From: Coleofasciculus sp. B1-GNL1-01
GTDB lineage: Bacteria > Cyanobacteriota > Cyanobacteriia > Cyanobacteriales > Coleofasciculaceae
Length of the DNA: 20,763 bases
Strand: one strand, 5' to 3'
Assembly: GCA_040220235.1 (NCBI GenBank)
Contig: JAVJTO010000008.1
Part shown: one piece after another, positions 20,681 to 20,763 of the stretch
Numbering within the stretch: position 1 is the first letter of the stretch
Layout: each line of letters opens with the position of its first letter
Notes under the pieces: model-generated
The model's input: only the letters and a program-made list of their open reading frames with translations
Told to the model about the DNA's origin: nothing
Databases searched by the model: none
Made by a program: the position numbers and the translations under genes

Positions 20681-20685
20681 ATCCA

Positions 20686-20763
20686 AGTCATAGTAATTTT
20701 GTAACACGATACCTTGAGGTAATGAAATCTTATAGGGATAAGGGCGAGGATCGATCAGTGATC
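20686..20763 (-). repeat. Inverted exact copy of the 3' end of the triple-KaiC gene (17496-17573), running off the window
   Basis: 78/78 nt reverse-complement identity; encodes [25 protein letters not shown]. Confidence 0.97.

Noticed and set aside
17574..20685. Diversity-generating retroelement TR/VR pair
   Set aside because: Mismatches are not confined to adenines (G and C also change), they fall mostly in non-coding repeat, and no reverse transcriptase is in the window.

Overview
Cyanobacterial chromosomal window: at least 18 HIP1 octamers (GCGATCGC), STRR-type heptamer arrays and REP/MITE-like repeats suggest a filamentous cyanobacterium (inference). The left half is mostly core genes: crtD, a double Zn-finger protein, a PatD-like gene divergent from a long RelA/SpoT gene with an NtcA-type promoter, a PEP-CTERM beta-propeller, two Uma2 paralogs and DsbA. 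The middle holds a decayed IS1634-type remnant, a pseudogene fragment, an ABC1/AarF kinase gene bracketed by two 128-bp MITE copies and a small Gly-rich peptide gene. The most interesting part (13225-20763) is a non-clock KaiC-like module: a small helical protein, a two-domain KaiC/RAD55 ATPase fused to a winged helix, a three-domain KaiC-like ATPase and a 4-PAS HisKA_2 histidine kinase. The kinase segment lies between inverted heptamer arrays, and both of its ends join the same 3' end of the triple-KaiC gene (78/78 nt inverted copy at the window end). This indicates an invertible segment, an inverted duplication or an assembly misjoin. All family assignments come from motif recognition, not database searches.
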